64,000 nt of DNA from Deltaproteobacteria bacterium (GTDB lineage: Bacteria; Myxococcota_A; Polyangia; Fen-1088): positions 192,001-256,000 of the forward strand of contig JANRKS010000016.1 in assembly GCA_033763315.1 (NCBI GenBank), in the 5' to 3' direction. The position numbers and the translations under genes were made by a program. Positions 1 through 9,201 of the stretch are shown here, in pieces. The notes under the pieces are model-generated. The model did not search any database and was not told the origin of the DNA. It saw only the letters and a program-made list of their open reading frames with translations. The first letter of the stretch is position 1, and each line of letters begins with the position of its first letter.

Positions 1-123
1 CACCCGCCGCCCAAACCAAAAACCACGCTTTTCCCTTTCCAGGGATTCCCCTGTACCCCGAAACACAGCCTGTGACATCGCACACGGCTTGACCCAACCC
101 GCCCGAGAGCTGAAGCTACCCGG

Positions 124-939
124 ATGTCCCTTTTAGCCCTTGTAGGTGGCGCACATGGTTTGTTGGGGGCGACGGCCCTTCGCCTCGGCGGCTTGTGCCT
201 GCTCGTCCTGCCTTGGCTCGGCATGGTCGCCTGTTCGGACGCCCGCCAAGAAGGCCCGGAGGGCTACGTGGCCAACAAGTCCAAGTTCTGGGCCGAGAAC
301 AAATTGCCCGAAGGGCAGTTGGTCGCCTTCGCCGGCAGCAACGTGCGCGCAAGCGCCGCCAGCGCCGCCGCGCCCACAGGGTCAAGCGTGCCGTTGGGAA
401 CCATCTCCCCGAGCGGGGCCATCAAGCTCATGTTGCCCAAGGAGTTGCCCTTCTCGAACGACGCCGGTGGGCGGCGCAGCTACTGCTCGTCAGGCTTGGA
501 TTTCGAGTTTCACGCCGGTTATGCGTGTTCAAGCACGGGGCAAGACGACACGCACCGCATGCGCAACGCCTGCACAAACGCACCAGAGGCCTCCCTGCAA
601 AACATTCGTTTGGCGGCCGTGCCCAACGGCGGCGAAGCCAAGGCTGTGACCACCGTGGCTGCGTTGACCGATTCAACCAGCTTCCCCTACGCGCTGTTGG
701 TTGCGAATCGTCCCACAAAGATCAACGGCTGCACTTATTGCTTCTACATTGACGAGAAGGCTGGCCTCACAACCGATCGCTACACATTCGTTTGCTACCA
801 AAGCGATGTGCTGCCGGCCAACACGCTGCTTGGCGTGTTTCGCGCCAACACGCACGAAGCGGCTGATACGTTGGCCGTGCGCGTGCGCCCGGTTGAAGCC
901 GCCGACTTGAAGTTCCTTTCGATCGAAGGCGCCCCCTAA
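124..939 (+). CDS. Hypothetical Cys-rich lipoprotein
   Basis: 271-aa ORF; hydrophobic stretch ending in lipobox-like MVAC; several Cys in mature part; no family recognised; start uncertain. Confidence 0.6.
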   Translation: MSLLALVGGAHGLLGATALRLGGLCLLVLPWLGMVACSDARQEGPEGYVANKSKFWAENKLPEGQLVAFAGSNVRASAASAAAPTGSSVPLGTISPSGAIKLMLPKELPFSNDAGGRRSYCSSGLDFEFHAGYACSSTGQDDTHRMRNACTNAPEASLQNIRLAAVPNGGEAKAVTTVAALTDSTSFPYALLVANRPTKINGCTYCFYIDEKAGLTTDRYTFVCYQSDVLPANTLLGVFRANTHEAADTLAVRVRPVEAADLKFLSIEGAP

Positions 940-1006
940 ACGCGGTGGCCTTCGCACACACAAACGCAGCAAAGCCATGCGTTTGGCGGTAATCTCGTGA
1001 TTACCT

Positions 1007-1810
1007 GTGCGCCGCTACCTGCGAAAAAACCGCAACGCGCTTGAATCAAACGTCCTTGCGCACGTTTTGCCATTCGTGGCGGGGACGGTAAACGCCAGCG
1101 GCTTCTTCATCGTGGGCACTTACACGTCACACGTTACGGGCAGTGTTGCGCGTGTGGGGGATGATCTGGCCCAAGGAGACCGCGCCGGGGCCACGCGTGC
1201 TGTGGTGTTGGTCATCAGCTTCTTTGCGGGCGCGTTGCTGGCCGCAGCGTTGGCGGAGCGCGCACGTAAGCACGACCGCAGCCCTTACTCGGGCACGTTG
1301 GAATGTGAAACGCTGACCTTGGCGGTGATCGCTGCGTTGGGCATCGCTGAACCCAAAGGCATCCCCTGGCTCAACGCGCTTACAACAGCACTCTTGTGCA
1401 TGGCGATGGGCATGCAGAACGCGCTCGTCACCAACCTATCGGGCGCCGTGGTGCGCACAACGCACCTCACAGGCATCGTTACAGATATGGGCATCGAAAC
1501 CGTGCGCGCCACGCAATGGTTGCTGCACGTGCGCCGCCAACCGAACGCACACGGCCTGCTGCGAACGTTGTTCCGCTACCGCACGTTTCCCGAACTCAGG
1601 ATGTTGCGCCTGCACACGGCCATCTTCTTGTCGTTTCTGGCAGGCGCCGTGGTGGGCCCCTTCTTATACGTCCGCCACGGCTATGTTTCGATGGCGCTGC
1701 CCATTGCGATCCTGGTGACGTTGATTCTGTTCGATCGCTTCATTGGCTTTCGCACACAGGCCAAGCCCGCGAACCAACACGCATCCTCATCACCCCAGTC
1801 GCCTGTTTAG
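1007..1810 (+). CDS. YoaK/DUF1275 family membrane protein
   Basis: Motifs AGTVNA, TSHVTG, AMGMQNA, VRTTHLTGIVTD; multiple TM helices. Confidence 0.88.
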   Translation: MRRYLRKNRNALESNVLAHVLPFVAGTVNASGFFIVGTYTSHVTGSVARVGDDLAQGDRAGATRAVVLVISFFAGALLAAALAERARKHDRSPYSGTLECETLTLAVIAALGIAEPKGIPWLNALTTALLCMAMGMQNALVTNLSGAVVRTTHLTGIVTDMGIETVRATQWLLHVRRQPNAHGLLRTLFRYRTFPELRMLRLHTAIFLSFLAGAVVGPFLYVRHGYVSMALPIAILVTLILFDRFIGFRTQAKPANQHASSSPQSPV

Positions 1811-1824
1811 GCAGCCAACCCCAC

Positions 1825-2298
1825 TTACTCGTCGTTGATCTGTTGCGCCAAGTAGTTCGCCAGGCCCAGCTGGTTGATCAAGTTCTCTTGCGCTTCGATC
1901 CAGTCGAGGTGTTCCTCCTCGCTCACCAAAATGCTTTCAAGCAATGCGCGCGTGCCGTTGTCGCCTTTTTGCGTCGCCAGCAAGATGCCTCGGTTCAAAC
2001 GCTCGATGGCGTCGATCTCCAAAGCTTTGTCAGAAGCGATCTGCTCGGGAACGGTTTCACCGATGTTGATCTTGCCCAGGCGCTGCACGTTGGGCAGGCC
2101 TTCGAGATAAAGGATGCGCGTGATGATCTGATCGGCGTGCTTCATCTCGTCGATCGATTCGTGGCGCAAGAACTTCCACAATTTCTTGTAGCCCCAGCTC
2201 TCGCACATACGTCCGTGAAGGAAGTACTGGTTGATGCCGGTGAGCTCAGCAGTCAACACATCGTTCAGAACGTCGATAACCTCTTGCGTACCCTTCAT
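1825..2298 (-). CDS. bfr: Bacterioferritin
   Basis: MKGTQEVIDVLNDVLTAELTGINQYFLH, ESIDEMKHAD and EEEHLDW ferroxidase/heme motifs; start moved to ATG 2298, which overlaps the bfd stop. Confidence 0.96.
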   Translation of the reverse strand: MKGTQEVIDVLNDVLTAELTGINQYFLHGRMCESWGYKKLWKFLRHESIDEMKHADQIITRILYLEGLPNVQRLGKINIGETVPEQIASDKALEIDAIERLNRGILLATQKGDNGTRALLESILVSEEEHLDWIEAQENLINQLGLANYLAQQINDE

Positions 2299-2528
2299 CG
2301 TGGCGGGAACGGTAGCGCGCTCGCCACATTGTGGCAACGACCGGCCGACGATGAGGCGTTATTGCCAGACGAAGCTTCGTTCGCCATTTGCTCGATCATC
2401 TCGTGGCACGCGCCACAGCCTGTGCCCGCTCCACAAGCGGCGCTTACGTCAGGCAACGAACGCGCGCCCTGCATGACAGCAAGCCGAACACTTCGGTCAG
2501 AGACACCACGGCAGATACAAACGATCAT
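2295..2528 (-). CDS. bfd: Bacterioferritin-associated [2Fe-2S] ferredoxin
   Basis: MIVCICRGV...GAGTGCGAC Cys pattern; directly upstream of bfr. Confidence 0.93.
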   Translation of the reverse strand: MIVCICRGVSDRSVRLAVMQGARSLPDVSAACGAGTGCGACHEMIEQMANEASSGNNASSSAGRCHNVASALPFPPR

Positions 2529-2534
2529 GGCTGA

Positions 2535-2555
2535 TATTGAGAGTGACTCTCAATA
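2535..2555. promoter_or_regulatory. Fur-box-like operator upstream of bfd-bfr
   Basis: Perfect 10-1-10 inverted repeat TATTGAGAGT-G-ACTCTCAATA just upstream of the bfd ATG; 7-1-7 core resembles Fur boxes. Confidence 0.75.
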
Positions 2556-2698
2556 CGGAGAACGTCAAGAACAAGTTTTTGACGGTGCCGCTGCACCCCA
2601 TCGGGCTTTCCCGGCCCCGGTGCTAACCCGCCAAAATGCCTGGCAAAACTGACAAAAGGCGGCCCCCGCCCGCGAGCCTGCCGCGCTGACGGTTCAGC

Positions 2699-5098
2699 CT
2701 ATCCCTGCAAGTCGTCGGGCAAAAGCGGCGACGGGCGGCCCGTCATCGTGATCCACAGTTGGTGGGCGGCGCGGGTCATGGCCACGTGAAGCAGGCGGCG
2801 CGAAAGGTCGTTGTTGGGGTAAGACTCGTCGCTGACCTCAAGCAACACCACCACGTCGAACTCGAGGCCCTTGGTTTGCCGCACGTCGGTCACATCGATG
2901 CCGGGCGTGAACGGAAAATCTTGATTCGCCACCAAGCGCAAACGCGGCACTTCGGCGCGCTTGAGCACTTCGTAGTAAACGCGCGCTTGTTCTGGGTGGC
3001 GCGCCACCAAGGCCACAGACACCGAAGGATCCTCGCGCAAGAGGCCTTTGAGCGCGTGGCTTAAAAACTCGCTCGCTTCACCGGGTGAGCCGAAGCCAAA
3101 CGATTCCACGGGCGCGCCCGAGCGTGGGGCCACGGGCCGCTTATCACCCGCCAGGTGGCCCAGCACATGTTCAGCCACTTCCACGATTTGCCGCGTGGAA
3201 CGGTAACTCACGCGCAAAGGCTCGAGCTTGTCGTGCATGATACCGAGATCGTCCAACATCTCGGACCAGTTCGAGAATCCATGATCCGCTGAGATCGCCT
3301 GGGCCGTGTCACCCGCCAACGTGATCGAACGATCGGGCGTGGTGCTATCCAGCAGCACCGCCAATTCGATCGGCGCAAAGTCTTGCACTTCATCGACCAT
3401 CAAATGCTCATAAACCACGGGGCCTTGTTGGTTGGTCAATTGGCCTTTTTGACGCTGAAAAATCCGCAACAGCAAGGCGTCGTCTTCGGGATCCAGCGCG
3501 TATTCGATCCGCTCCTCAGGCTCGTCTCCGCCATCGTTCGGATCGTGGGTGTCGCGCATCTGTTTGCGCTCTTGCGCTTGTTCGTGCGCCTCGTGGCGCA
3601 AGCGTTCGCGATCCACGCACCATTTGTGGATGCTGTCGAGCTGCGCTTCGGTAAACACGCCTGGCGCGTGCTTGCCGAAGCCTTCGCCCAAAGCTTGGCG
3701 ATCCGTTAACAGATTGGCCCATTCGCCGATCACGTCGCGAGTGCGTCGACGGATGGCTTTGCCCGCGGCTTCCATCGCCATGCGATCGTTAGGCGCGATC
3801 TGAGCTTGCTGTACCCAACGCCCAAGCGCGCTCACACGCATGTCCACCGGCCCCGTGGATTTGTCCCACGCCGCCAAAACGTTCGCCAACAATGTATGCC
3901 GGCCTTCGAGCATCGCTTGCAGTTGCTCGCGACACCACGCCGCCATTTGCGTTTGGCGATCTTCAATCACCTTCAAGATGGCGCCGTGGCTCTTGAGCCG
4001 AATGACATTCGAAGGCGTGCTATCCGTCAGCGGCGCCTTGAGGTTCGGAAACACTTGATGGCGGATCTTTTCGGCCCAGTCCGCGAACGTCATCACGGGC
4101 ACGCCTGGCACTTCGAGCGCCGGCAGAACACGGGAGACGTACGTCGCAAGCGCCCGCTGGTAAACGAGAACCAACGTGGTTTCGGGGCGAAAACGGCGTG
4201 GATCTGAGAACGCCAAATAAGCAATGCGGTGCAGACCGATCGTGGTTTTGCCGCTGCCCGCCGAGCCTTGCACAACGATCAAACCCGAGCTTGGCCGGCT
4301 GATGAGCTCGAACTGGCGTGGGTCGATCAAGGCCGCGATCGCTGGCAATAATTTTTCAAGACGGCCATCACTGCCGTCGCCTGTGAGCCGGCCGCGCTCG
4401 GTGGGCACGTGGCCCGTCGTTGGCCCCACCACCGTGGCTGTGCCATCACGTTCAACTTGCAGCTTTGCGTGACGAACGGGCACCTGCCGCCATTGGCCCG
4501 TTTTGTAGTCGCGCGCAAACGTGCCATCAGGCGAGACCACACGCCGCAATTCCGCATCCACGATCGTGACGGTGCGGCGGGCCAGCACTTCACCTTCGAC
4601 CACACGGTTGCCAAGGCGCTCTTCGTAAGAATCGCCCTCTTCGTAACGGTAGAACAAGCGCGACACAGGCGCGTTTCGCCAATCGACGATTTGCACGCCG
4701 CCGCCTGGTTCTACGTAACCGCGTTGACCGATCAAGACGTCGCGGCGTTTGCCGCCTTCTTCCAAACGCAGGTGCCCGAAGTAAGGCGACTTGCGATCGA
4801 TGGGAATGTTCTCGCCCTTGCCGCGTTGACGTGACAGCGCCTCGATCCGATGCATTTGTTCGAGAAGCGAGGCCTGATCTTCAGGCTTGGCCTCCGCCAT
4901 GGCGTCGCGCAGCTCGATGAGCGCGCCCAGGTCATCCACCTGTTGTTTGGGCTTGCGACGGTCCTCGTTGGCTTTGTCGATCTTCGACAGCACCACCTTG
5001 AGCAGCTTGTCCTCTTCGGACACGACGGTTGGCAAGGCCCGCGCTTCTGTGGGCTCGGGCAGCGTGTCTGGTTGGGGCCTGGTTTCGGAGGTCTGCAC
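2699..5098 (-). CDS. helD: HelD-like SF1 (UvrD/Rep family) ATPase/helicase
   Basis: SPYFGHL and IVDWRNAPVSRLFY (HelD N-domain); Walker A GSAGSGKTT; Walker B VDEVQD; SYRST; KGLEFD; VAMTRA. Confidence 0.8.
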   Translation of the reverse strand: MQTSETRPQPDTLPEPTEARALPTVVSEEDKLLKVVLSKIDKANEDRRKPKQQVDDLGALIELRDAMAEAKPEDQASLLEQMHRIEALSRQRGKGENIPIDRKSPYFGHLRLEEGGKRRDVLIGQRGYVEPGGGVQIVDWRNAPVSRLFYRYEEGDSYEERLGNRVVEGEVLARRTVTIVDAELRRVVSPDGTFARDYKTGQWRQVPVRHAKLQVERDGTATVVGPTTGHVPTERGRLTGDGSDGRLEKLLPAIAALIDPRQFELISRPSSGLIVVQGSAGSGKTTIGLHRIAYLAFSDPRRFRPETTLVLVYQRALATYVSRVLPALEVPGVPVMTFADWAEKIRHQVFPNLKAPLTDSTPSNVIRLKSHGAILKVIEDRQTQMAAWCREQLQAMLEGRHTLLANVLAAWDKSTGPVDMRVSALGRWVQQAQIAPNDRMAMEAAGKAIRRRTRDVIGEWANLLTDRQALGEGFGKHAPGVFTEAQLDSIHKWCVDRERLRHEAHEQAQERKQMRDTHDPNDGGDEPEERIEYALDPEDDALLLRIFQRQKGQLTNQQGPVVYEHLMVDEVQDFAPIELAVLLDSTTPDRSITLAGDTAQAISADHGFSNWSEMLDDLGIMHDKLEPLRVSYRSTRQIVEVAEHVLGHLAGDKRPVAPRSGAPVESFGFGSPGEASEFLSHALKGLLREDPSVSVALVARHPEQARVYYEVLKRAEVPRLRLVANQDFPFTPGIDVTDVRQTKGLEFDVVVLLEVSDESYPNNDLSRRLLHVAMTRAAHQLWITMTGRPSPLLPDDLQG

Positions 5099-5283
5099 GC
5101 AGTCTTTGGTCCGGCTAAAATTTAAGAATTGGCCAATTTACCACCCAAGACCCTGGGTGGGGCAAGCCTGTTAACACAAGCCCTTGCCTTCTGCACCACG
5201 GCACAAAACCCGCGATGCACAAGGCTAGGCACGGCTTGGGGCCGGCCCGGGGAAGTTGGCAAAAACCTGATAGATATTGCGGG

Positions 5284-6414
5284 GTGGATCCCCTTGCACA
5301 CACTTTGGTGGGCGCCAGCCTGGCTGAGACAGGCCTGCGGCAAAAGACGGCCTGGGCCACGTTAACCCTGGTGATTGGCGCCAACCTGCCCGACATCGAC
5401 GGGGTGTGTTTGCTGGGCGGTGCCGACGCCTCGATGGCCGGGCGCCGGGGCTGGACGCATGGCGTGGTGGCCTGGGTGGTCTTGCCTTTGGTGTTGGCGG
5501 GTGTGATGTACGCGCTTGCGCGGCGGGCCCAGCGGCGACAGCCAGCGAAGGAGCCTTTTGCTGGAACGGAGGCGCCACCACCTGTGTCGTGGTGGTGGTT
5601 GTTGGGGCTGGCGGCGCTGGGCGTGTGGACGCATCCCCTATTGGACTGGATGAACGCTTACGGCGTGCGTTTGCTGATGCCATTTTCGTCAACGTGGTTC
5701 TATGGCGATGCGCTGTTCATCATCGAACCCGTGCTGTGGCTGCTGTGTGGCGCGGCGGTGGTGTTTGCGCATGGCAAAACAAAAAAAGCAGCGGCGCTGT
5801 GGCTGCTCCTGCTGTTGACGACCACGTCAATCATCATCGTGCCCAAAACCGCACCGCCTGTGGGCAAGATGTTCTGGTGCATCGGCGCGGGGCTGTTGGT
5901 GTATCTGCGCATTCGCGGAAAACCTCCCTCGCCACGCATCACGGCGCGCGTCGGATTAGGCTTGGTGACGGTTTATATCGTTGCGATGTTGATCGGCACG
6001 GCGCACGCGAAGACGCAGGCCGAGGGGTGGTTGCGCAGCCAAAACATGGTGGCGACGAAACTCGTTGTCGTGCCGTTGCCCGCCACGCCATTGCAGCGTG
6101 AGGTAATCGCGTTGGTGGGCGACACCTATCATTTCTTCACCGTTGCCGCCTTCGGAGATGCCCCGCTGCGCCCCAGCGACGCGCCCATCAAGGTGGGCGA
6201 AATCACGCCCGCGGTGCATGCGGCGTTGGCCGCGTCGCAAGTGCAAGGCCTGGTGCGTTGGCTGCGGCTGCCAGCCTACGAGGTGCAAAGCACATCCGAT
6301 GGTGTGGTGGTGACGATCGCGGACGTGCGTTATTCGCGCACGCAGGGCAGCCGCGTGGGGCGCGCGAAGGTGTGGCTTGATCGCCAACTGCGGGTGTTGC
6401 AGGTGCAACACTAA
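5284..6414 (+). CDS. Membrane-bound metal-dependent hydrolase (YdjM/DUF457 family)
   Basis: (M)DPLAHTLVG, NLPDID, RRGWTHG, THPLLDW, YGVRLLMPF; GTG start at 5284 preferred. Confidence 0.85.
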   Translation: MDPLAHTLVGASLAETGLRQKTAWATLTLVIGANLPDIDGVCLLGGADASMAGRRGWTHGVVAWVVLPLVLAGVMYALARRAQRRQPAKEPFAGTEAPPPVSWWWLLGLAALGVWTHPLLDWMNAYGVRLLMPFSSTWFYGDALFIIEPVLWLLCGAAVVFAHGKTKKAAALWLLLLLTTTSIIIVPKTAPPVGKMFWCIGAGLLVYLRIRGKPPSPRITARVGLGLVTVYIVAMLIGTAHAKTQAEGWLRSQNMVATKLVVVPLPATPLQREVIALVGDTYHFFTVAAFGDAPLRPSDAPIKVGEITPAVHAALAASQVQGLVRWLRLPAYEVQSTSDGVVVTIADVRYSRTQGSRVGRAKVWLDRQLRVLQVQH

Positions 6415-6418
6415 AGCG

Positions 6419-7393
6419 ATGGCAGTCACGTTGCCTTCCGCCGCGTGCCGCGATCGCAGCGCGCGCTTCGCGGCCCGCACCGCGGCTTTGCCCGGTGCTG
6501 TGCCGCAAGACAACCGTCGCCCGATGCACGTGCCCTTGCGACACGACGGCGTCTCGTTGCACGCGTTCTTGGCAGCGGCGCACCCGCACCTTTCCCAAGA
6601 GATGTGGCAGCAACGCGCCGGCGAAGGGCTGTTGTGGCTGAACAACAAAGTGGTGACCGATCTCGGTGTCACGGTGCGGGCCGGCAACACAGTGGTGCAC
6701 GTGATCCGCAACGACGTTGAGCCGTGGGTGAACACTGGCGTGGCGTTCCTTTACGAGGATGACGCGCTTGCTGTGGTGAGCAAGCCCGCACCTTTGGCCG
6801 TGCACCCGTGTGGCCGTTACAACCGCAATTCACTGTTGCCATTGCTGGTGCATGCGTTTGGCGAGACCTTTTGGCGCCCGGTTCATCGCTTGGACGTGGA
6901 CACCACCGGCCTGATGGTGTTGGCAAAAACCGCGACGGCCGCGCGTCACTTGGGCCAGCAATTCGAGCGGCGTGACGTGCGCAAGCTTTACCTCGCGCGC
7001 GTGCATGGCGTGCCGGCCGTGCCGCGCTTTACGTGCGAACTGCCGCTCGGTGATCGGCCCGGGCAGGCGGGAAAACGTCATACCGAAAGCGAAGCTCTGG
7101 GGCTGCCCGCACACACGCAGTTCGAGTGGATACACACCGATGGTTCGCAAAGTGTTGTAACGGCGAACCCACATTCGGGCCGCACGAATCAAATCCGTGT
7201 TCATTTGGCGGCGCTTGGCCTACCAATCGTTGGCGACCACGCTTATAGCGGCGACGAAGAATTCACAACGGGGCAACAACCCCTGTGTTTGCACGCATGG
7301 ACGCTGGCCTTCGCTCACCCCGATGACGGGCGCGCGATGGCATTCGAGGATGAAGCGCCTGCGTGGGCGCGTGAGCCACAGGCTCAGCGTTGA
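6419..7393 (+). CDS. RluA family pseudouridine synthase
   Basis: SKPAPLAVHP, catalytic HRLD, GRTNQIRVH, PIVGD, LCLHA. Confidence 0.92.
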   Translation: MAVTLPSAACRDRSARFAARTAALPGAVPQDNRRPMHVPLRHDGVSLHAFLAAAHPHLSQEMWQQRAGEGLLWLNNKVVTDLGVTVRAGNTVVHVIRNDVEPWVNTGVAFLYEDDALAVVSKPAPLAVHPCGRYNRNSLLPLLVHAFGETFWRPVHRLDVDTTGLMVLAKTATAARHLGQQFERRDVRKLYLARVHGVPAVPRFTCELPLGDRPGQAGKRHTESEALGLPAHTQFEWIHTDGSQSVVTANPHSGRTNQIRVHLAALGLPIVGDHAYSGDEEFTTGQQPLCLHAWTLAFAHPDDGRAMAFEDEAPAWAREPQAQR

Positions 7394-8016
7394 TTCCACG
7401 CGACGATCATCATCGGTTTTAGCTTCGCAAGCCGCTGTAGCTTTGCATGAACCAAAACACCCACCGACTTGTACTGCAGCTCTGATTCCCAAGCTTGGTA
7501 GCCTGGCGCTTCGACCCGTACGTGCACCATCCCGCCCGCGCTTGCGTAACCTTGCGCGAAAGGTGTGCGGCCCACGAGGTGGCCGTTGATGTAAACGCGC
7601 GCGGCAGGCGGATCAGAGCGCACGAACAACATAAGCGGTATCGCCCCTTCCACCGCCACCTCATCGGCGGCCGGTACCACCTGATGAAAGACGCCGCGCA
7701 AGCGCTCTAGATTGCTCACAACCGCAATCGCGAGCAGGCCGGTGATGACAAGGGCTGAAAAGCCACCGCTCCTCCACCGTCTGCGCGCTGGCTCTGCCAT
7801 CGTGCCATGCCGTGGCGGAAGTGGGGCGGGCAGTACGACGGCCGGCAAAGCACGCTCGGCCGGCGGCCGAAATCGATCATGGTCAGCCGCCGCCAACATC
7901 GGACCAGGCGCCACGGGCACGGGAGGGACCGCGGCGATCAAAGTCTCGTGTGGGCGCGACGCACCGTACACGCGGGTGACTGCGTTACGTGCACGTTTGC
8001 GTTGATCGTCATCCAT
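7384..8016 (-). CDS. PEGA-domain single-pass membrane protein
   Basis: Pro-rich N-terminus, one TM helix, C-terminal VRSDPPAARVYING...GRTP...APGY PEGA motif; start uncertain. Confidence 0.75.
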   Translation of the reverse strand: MDDDQRKRARNAVTRVYGASRPHETLIAAVPPVPVAPGPMLAAADHDRFRPPAERALPAVVLPAPLPPRHGTMAEPARRRWRSGGFSALVITGLLAIAVVSNLERLRGVFHQVVPAADEVAVEGAIPLMLFVRSDPPAARVYINGHLVGRTPFAQGYASAGGMVHVRVEAPGYQAWESELQYKSVGVLVHAKLQRLAKLKPMMIVAWNQR

Positions 8017-8171
8017 GCTCAACAACAATGCAGCCGGCGTGCCACTGCATGCAGTGAACGTAGCGCCGCCCACGAGGCCCAAAGGTGCGCGCGAAGGCCA
8101 CGGGCCACCTTCAGCGAGTGACCATTTTCAGCACCGCCACGCGCGTCGAACTGACGTTCTCGCGCCTGCCC

Positions 8172-9107
8172 TCAGGGCCGCCTGGGCAGCGGCAGCGCAC
8201 CGTCACCGATGTGACGCTGGCCGCGCGCCTTCGCCAATTCCACTTGGCGTGCGCGTTCGCGGCGGCTCTGCATCACGTCCTCGGAGAGGCCATCCCTACA
8301 AAAACCACAACATACGCCTTGTTCAAACCGTGGATCCTGCTTGTCGGCCGCCGACAGCGGTTGTTGGCAGCCATAACACAACGTGAAATGCCCCGGCGCC
8401 AGCGTGTGATCCACCGACACGCGGTGATCAAAGACGAAGCATTCACCCTGCCACTTGGAATAATCCTCAGGCACGTCTTCGAGGTACTTCAAGATGCCGC
8501 CTTGAAGGTGAAACACCTGCGCAAAGCCTTCTTGCAACATGAACGCCGATGCCTTTTCGCAACGAATGCCGCCCGTGCAAAACATGGCCACCTTCTTGTG
8601 GCGTGCGGGATCAAGGTTGCGGCGCACCCACGCAGGGAAATCCGTGAAGTTCTCGATGTGCGGATCAATCGCGTTCTCGAACGTGCCAAGCCGAGTCTCG
8701 TAGTCGTTGCGCGTATCAACCAACAGCACTTCAGGATCGGCCAGCAATTCGTTCCACTGTGAAGGCGGCACATAGGTGCCCACGCCTTTGGTGGGTGAGA
8801 TGGCTTTATCACCAATGGTGACGATCTCTTTTTTGAGCCGCACTTTGAGGCGATGAAACGGCTTGCGCTCACACAGCGACTCTTTGTGCTCCAGATCTGC
8901 AAACGGCGGCAGCGACCGCAAAAAGGCGAGAAGGGCATCGATGCCCTCGCGTGAGCCAGCCACGGTGGCGTTAATCCCTTCGTCCGCCAACAAGATGTTG
9001 CCTTCCACCTTGTGGCTGCGGCACACGTTTTCGATCGGCAACTGCAGCGCTGCAAAATCAGGAAGTTCAACGAACTTATAAAAAGCGGCAACAACCACGC
9101 TGGCCAT
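8172..9107 (-). CDS. trhO: tRNA uridine(34) hydroxylase TrhO (YceA, rhodanese-domain)
   Basis: AFYKFV, EGINATVAG, RLKVRLKKEIVT, DTRNDYE, FCTGGIRCEKA, GECFVFDHRV; start set at ATG 9107. Confidence 0.92.
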   Translation of the reverse strand: MASVVVAAFYKFVELPDFAALQLPIENVCRSHKVEGNILLADEGINATVAGSREGIDALLAFLRSLPPFADLEHKESLCERKPFHRLKVRLKKEIVTIGDKAISPTKGVGTYVPPSQWNELLADPEVLLVDTRNDYETRLGTFENAIDPHIENFTDFPAWVRRNLDPARHKKVAMFCTGGIRCEKASAFMLQEGFAQVFHLQGGILKYLEDVPEDYSKWQGECFVFDHRVSVDHTLAPGHFTLCYGCQQPLSAADKQDPRFEQGVCCGFCRDGLSEDVMQSRRERARQVELAKARGQRHIGDGALPLPRRP

Positions 9108-9201
9108 GATCGCACTCACTGTAGCAGCACCGCTGCCAGGGGCCCGCCGAAAGCGGGCGCCACCCTCGACACCACCCCCCTTGGCCCCGTAGCCTCTTAC
9201 A

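Noticed and set aside
71-86. TGTGA-N6-ACACG, a CRP/FNR-family-like site
   Set aside because: The second half-site is a poor match and there is no supporting context
1396-2652. 418-aa plus-strand ORF
   Set aside because: Overlaps the DUF1275 gene out of frame and is antisense to bfr/bfd; a shadow ORF typical of GC-rich DNA
8085-8762. 225-aa plus-strand ORF
   Set aside because: Antisense shadow of the well-supported trhO
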